From positions 87,351 to 151,350 of the forward strand of contig JAEIOD010000010.1 of the NCBI GenBank assembly GCA_016342415.1: 64,000 bases of DNA. The letters run 5' to 3'. Source of the DNA: Clostridiales bacterium (GTDB lineage: Bacteria > Bacillota > Clostridia > Peptostreptococcales > Acidaminobacteraceae). The notes beneath the pieces were generated by a model. That model was not told the origin of the DNA, ran no database searches, and saw only the letters and a list, made by a program, of their open reading frames with translations. The position numbers and the translations under genes were made by a program. This document shows positions 59,799 to 64,000 of the stretch, piece after piece. Position 1 is the stretch's first letter. Every line of letters starts with the position of its first letter.

Positions 59799-60496
59799 CT
59801 ATTTCTCAATTGATTGCCTATGATTAGTAAACTCAATAAAGCCTTCTATATCTGCAATTCTATGATGCCTTCCATAAGGAGTAGCCGCTACATAATCTAC
59901 TACTCTATCAATCCACACATCCTGTCTCTCTTGATGTTTTGGTCTTCTCTGTTCTGCGACATGACAAATCGCCTGCTCCACAGAATCAGGTGACAGGTAA
60001 TGTATAATCGGTGACATCTCTTGAATGATCTCTCTAAACTCATCAACTGAGTAATATGATTTTGAAGAAGTACACACTCAAAAATATAGACTGTATTTGA
60101 ATCAGCACGACTTACAAACTTCTTCCACCTTGTTGGATGAGCTTGTTTAAAAGTCTCCAAATCAGCATCAATGCTGTAGATTTCATGTCCTTCTAAATAC
60201 TGATATAACTCTGAGTCACGATTTATATCAAGTAATGTATATGCAGTAATTGCCAAACCATCCTCTAATACAGTATTGTCCGTAAGTTTCTTCTCATAAT
60301 CCGGATACATTAATAACAAGGTTTCATATTCATGTTCCTTTAATATTGATTGCCATGATAGATCAGCAGGATGAGATTCACCTTCATTTTAATGCTCGAA
60401 TTTAACACCAGCATCTAGTAACGCTTCATAGAGTAATCTTGACGTAGTCGTCTTGCCCGAACCCGGTATTCCTTCAATCAAATGTAATCTATGCAT
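59799..60496 (-). pseudogene. P-loop NTPase (kinase-like) pseudogene: in-frame TAA plus one frameshift
   Basis: Reads MHRLHLIEGIPGSGKTTTSRLLYEALLDAGVKFEH*NEGESHPADLSWQ...MLLMYPDYEK... then shifts frame near 60075 into ...SYYSVDEFREIIQEMSPIIHY... Confidence 0.6.
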
Positions 60497-60885
60497 GTAT
60501 GCCCTCCTTTCACTTCAGCAATGATATACCAAATATGGTTCACTTAAATATATCATGAACTGAATCAAGTATCTTTTGCAATATTATTTCACCTTATGAA
60601 CAAAGGATCTGAGAATAAACACACTCAGAACAACACTATTACATTTTAATTAATAGTGATAAACTCTGCACTCCACTGCCATACATTTTTTAAAAATCAT
60701 TTTATCACCATCTATTGATTCCTTATAATGATCACTTGTGGTAATATGGTGTCATGTCTTCATATTTATTCTGTTCCGCTTAATTAGGACAATCTGATTA
60801 ATAGGTAGACAATTCATCTATGAGAATAAATCAACCAAGGAGATATTGTTACTTCAAAGAATTAGGTTTAATATAGTGTTCAACT

Positions 60886-61206
60886 TTGAAATCAGAATGC
60901 TTTCAATTGAAAAGGAGAAAACCATTGAAATGGATTAAAAACATGATTTTGTTTTTTAGAAGCCTATTAAGCAAAGACGAAAAAAGACTACTACAACGCT
61001 CACTAAACTCATATAAGGAAGGTAATGGTTACAAGATAAGGAACTATAATGAATGCAGAAGATTTGTTAAAATTGGATATAAACTCAATTATAGAATGGA
61101 TTACTTATGTAACAAGGGAAAATTGCAATCTAAAGAATATGAAGACACTAAATACACTAACCAATGTGTTAATGCAATAATTAAAGATTATTCTTTATCC
61201 ACATAA
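60886..61206 (+). CDS. hypothetical basic protein (about 92-106 aa)
   Basis: ORF only. Possible TTG start after SD AAAGGAGAA. Confidence 0.3.
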   Translation: MKSECFQLKRRKPLKWIKNMILFFRSLLSKDEKRLLQRSLNSYKEGNGYKIRNYNECRRFVKIGYKLNYRMDYLCNKGKLQSKEYEDTKYTNQCVNAIIKDYSLST

Positions 61207-61810
61207 TCCGAAGTTAAAACTCGCAGGCCCAGATGAGAATTCGTTTTAAAAATGTACATTATCCACTGTAAAATAACATTGTGAAAATTCGATTTTCCCA
61301 CAAAAGTTTTTAAGCCACCTTTTTCCGATTTGCATGAGAGTTAGCATTTAATCACATTTCCTAGTTTCTAACTTCTATGTCATAATAAGTATCAAAACTA
61401 TGTGTCATTATTTCATAGTATAGTTGTATATAAAGCATAAGAAACTCGTCTACTACACCCAACAAATCAGAACAAATATGGTTCTTACTTATCGACACGA
61501 TGGTTTCTTGAACTGGTACATGTGTCTATCATCCAACCGAATGATAACTCAAGGCGGATCAGTTTATTCAGTGGTATAGTCTAGAACGTGAAGATGGTTC
61601 AGTTTGCTCCGAGAGAGTGGCTCTATTTTTTTTAACGGTGGTTCTCAATCTCCGAAATACTCACTCAAGTTTACTAATATTTATTATGATTATCTGCTTT
61701 TAAGTTGCAATATAATTCATTTGTTAGTAGATGTAATTGTTTTAATTATCAGGAGTAAATATTTTATTATAGGCACTGTTAAACTTATGTGTTACATTAC
61801 TATAAAAAAA

Positions 61811-61834
61811 TTGGAGGTGAAATTTCACCTCCAA
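61811..61834 (-). terminator. perfect 24-nt palindrome hairpin terminator for 61838..62071
   Basis: TTGGAGGTGAAA/TTTCACCTCCAA immediately after the stop. T7 follows on the minus strand. Confidence 0.75.
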
Positions 61835-61837
61835 TTA

Positions 61838-62071
61838 CTATTTATCAAGTAAATACATTATTGTCGGACCAACCATTATCAATGTAATGATGATTAATCC
61901 TATAGTGCTTGTGATTCGTCTTGTAACAAAATATGTTTTAGAAGGTTCACTTGTTGCCTTCCAACTCTCAAATTTCTTCCAAAAAAATCTCGGATTCACT
62001 GCATTGGCCAACAAAACTCCAAAAATACTAAGATAAAACAACCAATACATTATTGTAATAGATACATGCAT
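61838..62071 (-). CDS. small 2-TM membrane protein (77 aa)
   Basis: Two hydrophobic helices. The terminator directly downstream supports expression. Confidence 0.45.
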   Translation of the reverse strand: MHVSITIMYWLFYLSIFGVLLANAVNPRFFWKKFESWKATSEPSKTYFVTRRITSTIGLIIITLIMVGPTIMYLLDK

Positions 62072-62454
62072 ATTATATCCCTCTCTTTTCTAACATATAC
62101 TTTTATTCGATTATACCATAAAGATCTTATATAAAGATGGCTTACCATGTCGAGTATTGGTCTATCTTTTTATGACATCGTTCTATTAATCTGGCAAACA
62201 CCTTATCTTAATGAATTTTTCACTCACTTAGAGCCACCATCTCGGAATTAACGGAGCTATTAGCTCACTCATAACGGTGCCATCCTCTCGCACAAGATGG
62301 AGCTGATGATCCGAAGTATGAAAACCACTGAATGTGAATGATATTATAAAAGTGTACCACTTGAGACCATTTCGATACTGAAAAAGTTTACCACCTTACA
62401 ACGATATCCTATAAAATTGAATTGACAAATTTTATAGGAGGTTAAGAAAGGTCG

Positions 62455-63933
62455 ATGATTGAAATGGATATTTATAAAGAAATTCGACACAGCTATCTTC
62501 GAGGCGAATCTCAGCGATCAATCGCAGCTCGCTTAGGAATAGCACGTCAAACCGTAGCCAAATATTCTAAAGGTGAAACACACCCAGAAAATCGAAAACA
62601 ATATGAACGAAGCGGTAATGTTATAACGCTAGAAGTTGTTGAATTTATCAAAGCTTGCTTCAGACTAGACGAACAAGAAAATTTGAAAAAGCAACAACAT
62701 ACTGCAAAACGAATATATGACCGACTCGTGGATGAAAAAGACTTCATTGGTAGTGAATCTACCATCCGTAAAGCAGTAAGAGAAATACGTCGTGAATTTA
62801 GTGTACCTCCAGAGTCTAATGTGCCACTATCTTATGAACCTGGCGAAGCGATACAAATAGATTGGGGTGAATTCACTTGCTACCTTGACGGTGTTAAAAC
62901 AAAGATATATCTCTTTTGTGGAAGACTTTGTTATAGTTGCGATATCTTTGTTCAAGCATTCAAAAGTGCTAACCAAGAGAGTTTTCTTGAAGCACAACAA
63001 CTCATGTTCGATTACTTTGCTGGTATCCCCGAAAGGCTAATATTTGACAATGCTAAAGTAGCTGTCAAAGAAGGTTTCGGCTCTCATGCCAAACCACAAA
63101 AAAGATACGCTTCTTTTGGAGCACACTATGCTGTAGAATTAACATTCTGCAATCCAGCTAAAGGTAATGAAAAGTCTTTAGTTGAAAATCTTGTTGGTTA
63201 TGCCAGAAGAAATTTTCTGGTACCAGCACCAAAAGTATCTAGCATCGAAGTGCTTAACAACAGGCTTTGGAAAGATTGTTTAACTTATCGTGCAAAGCAC
63301 AAAGTCCAAAAGCGATCTAATTCAGTTAGTATCATGTATGAAGAAGAATTGTCGCTTTTAAAAACAATTCCAACTTACCAATTTGATACAAGCAAAACAT
63401 TAATTGCATCAGTAAATGATTTCTCAACCATACGATTTGATAAAAACCAATACTCAGTACCAGTTAAATATCTAAGAAAACATGTGACTGTTAAAGGTTA
63501 TGGAAATCATATAAGTATTTTGTATAAAGGGTCTGAAATAGCCAATTACTCAAGAAATTACGGCTCACATCAAACCCAATATAAACTTGAGCATTATCTA
63601 GATTTGTTAGAACGAAAACCTCGTTCAATCTACAACGCGAAACCTGTAAAAGAAAACATCTCTAAATCCCTACTTGATTGGGGCCGAAGATTACCAGGTG
63701 GTAATAAGGAGATGGTCAAACTCTTACGTCTCTGTGTAGATTATGGTGAAGAACGCATTCTAACAATTAAGGATAAAATACCTAGTCATATCGTTCCAAC
63801 AGTAGATATGATAAGGAGTCACTTAAACGAACCTACGGAAACGCGAGTAGTTTACTTAGCTCAGGATGAAGTTCCAATAGAACCTGTGGATCTTACAAAA
63901 TACGATAAAAAATACGGAATGGCGGTGCAATAA
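62455..63933 (+). CDS. istA: IS21-family transposase IstA
   Basis: N-terminal HTH (GESQRSIAARLGIARQTVAKYSKG), DDE core, 492 aa. SD TAGGAGGTT. Confidence 0.85.
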   Translation: MIEMDIYKEIRHSYLRGESQRSIAARLGIARQTVAKYSKGETHPENRKQYERSGNVITLEVVEFIKACFRLDEQENLKKQQHTAKRIYDRLVDEKDFIGSESTIRKAVREIRREFSVPPESNVPLSYEPGEAIQIDWGEFTCYLDGVKTKIYLFCGRLCYSCDIFVQAFKSANQESFLEAQQLMFDYFAGIPERLIFDNAKVAVKEGFGSHAKPQKRYASFGAHYAVELTFCNPAKGNEKSLVENLVGYARRNFLVPAPKVSSIEVLNNRLWKDCLTYRAKHKVQKRSNSVSIMYEEELSLLKTIPTYQFDTSKTLIASVNDFSTIRFDKNQYSVPVKYLRKHVTVKGYGNHISILYKGSEIANYSRNYGSHQTQYKLEHYLDLLERKPRSIYNAKPVKENISKSLLDWGRRLPGGNKEMVKLLRLCVDYGEERILTIKDKIPSHIVPTVDMIRSHLNEPTETRVVYLAQDEVPIEPVDLTKYDKKYGMAVQ

Positions 63934-64000
63934 TGGATCAATTAAATTTAAATAAAGAAACAATCGCATTTTATGCCAAACGACTTAAAATGCCTACACT
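63933..64000 (+). CDS. istB: IS21-family helper ATPase IstB, N-terminal 22 codons only
   Basis: ATG overlaps the istA stop (TAATG). MDQLNLNKETIAFYAKRLKMPT... Position and overlap are canonical for istB. Confidence 0.5.
   Translation, partial: MDQLNLNKETIAFYAKRLKMPT

Larger units (their letters stand above)
62190..64000 (+). mobile_element. IS21-family insertion sequence, left end and istAB, truncated by window end
   Basis: GC-richer block 62200-62300 with direct repeats GCCACCATCTCGG / GCCATCCTCTCGC typical of the IS21 multi-repeat termini. istA and istB follow with the TAATG overlap. Confidence 0.55.

Noticed and set aside
61240-61335. Two DnaA-box-like 9-mers (TTATCCACT, TTTCCCACA)
   Set aside because: Only partial matches, only two, no dnaA/dnaN nearby and no AT-rich unwinding element pattern. 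Likely chance in AT-rich DNA.
1-64000. CRISPR arrays, tRNA, rRNA, tmRNA
   Set aside because: No regularly spaced direct repeats with unique spacers. No cloverleaf-compatible GC-rich 75-nt segments with T-loop GTTCGAATC-type motifs. The only GC-rich islands are explained as the 24.3-kb element and the IS21 terminus.

Overview
Low-GC (about 30% G+C), Firmicutes/Mollicutes-like chromosomal segment read with the standard genetic code; long ORFs run through TGA-free frames. About 45 protein genes, mostly on the minus strand. Housekeeping/accessory mix: a UDP-galactopyranose-mutase-family gene coupled to a polytopic membrane protein; a GntR + GH38 alpha-mannosidase operon; a Ddl-family ATP-grasp + nitroreductase pair; two TetR-linked PEP-utilizing (rifampin-phosphotransferase-like) paralogs; and a CUT1 sugar ABC importer fused in one operon with an HlyD adaptor and a MacB/FtsX-like permease. 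c-di-GMP signalling is over-represented: four GGDEF loci (two intact, one split by an in-frame TAA, one remnant), an orphan histidine kinase, and no EAL/HD-GYP in the window. The most conspicuous candidate 'system' is a tightly coupled operon of an NfeD-like protein, a long flotillin (SPFH), and a giant 1628-aa coiled-coil protein with a MoxR-type AAA+ ATPase near its C-terminus. Other unusual items: a tandem array of three small acidic paralogous proteins in an AT-rich, low-coding-density island; a GC-rich hairpin-dense ~180-nt intergenic element (possible structured RNA, possibly a group II intron domain V/VI-like remnant) sitting in a patch of gene decay; and two IS elements (IS110-family at ~41.3-42.6 kb, IS21-family istAB at the window end). 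At least six pseudogenes or gene fragments are present. No rRNA, tRNA or CRISPR arrays were recognised. All calls are from manual reading of the sequence and ORF track; no searches were run.
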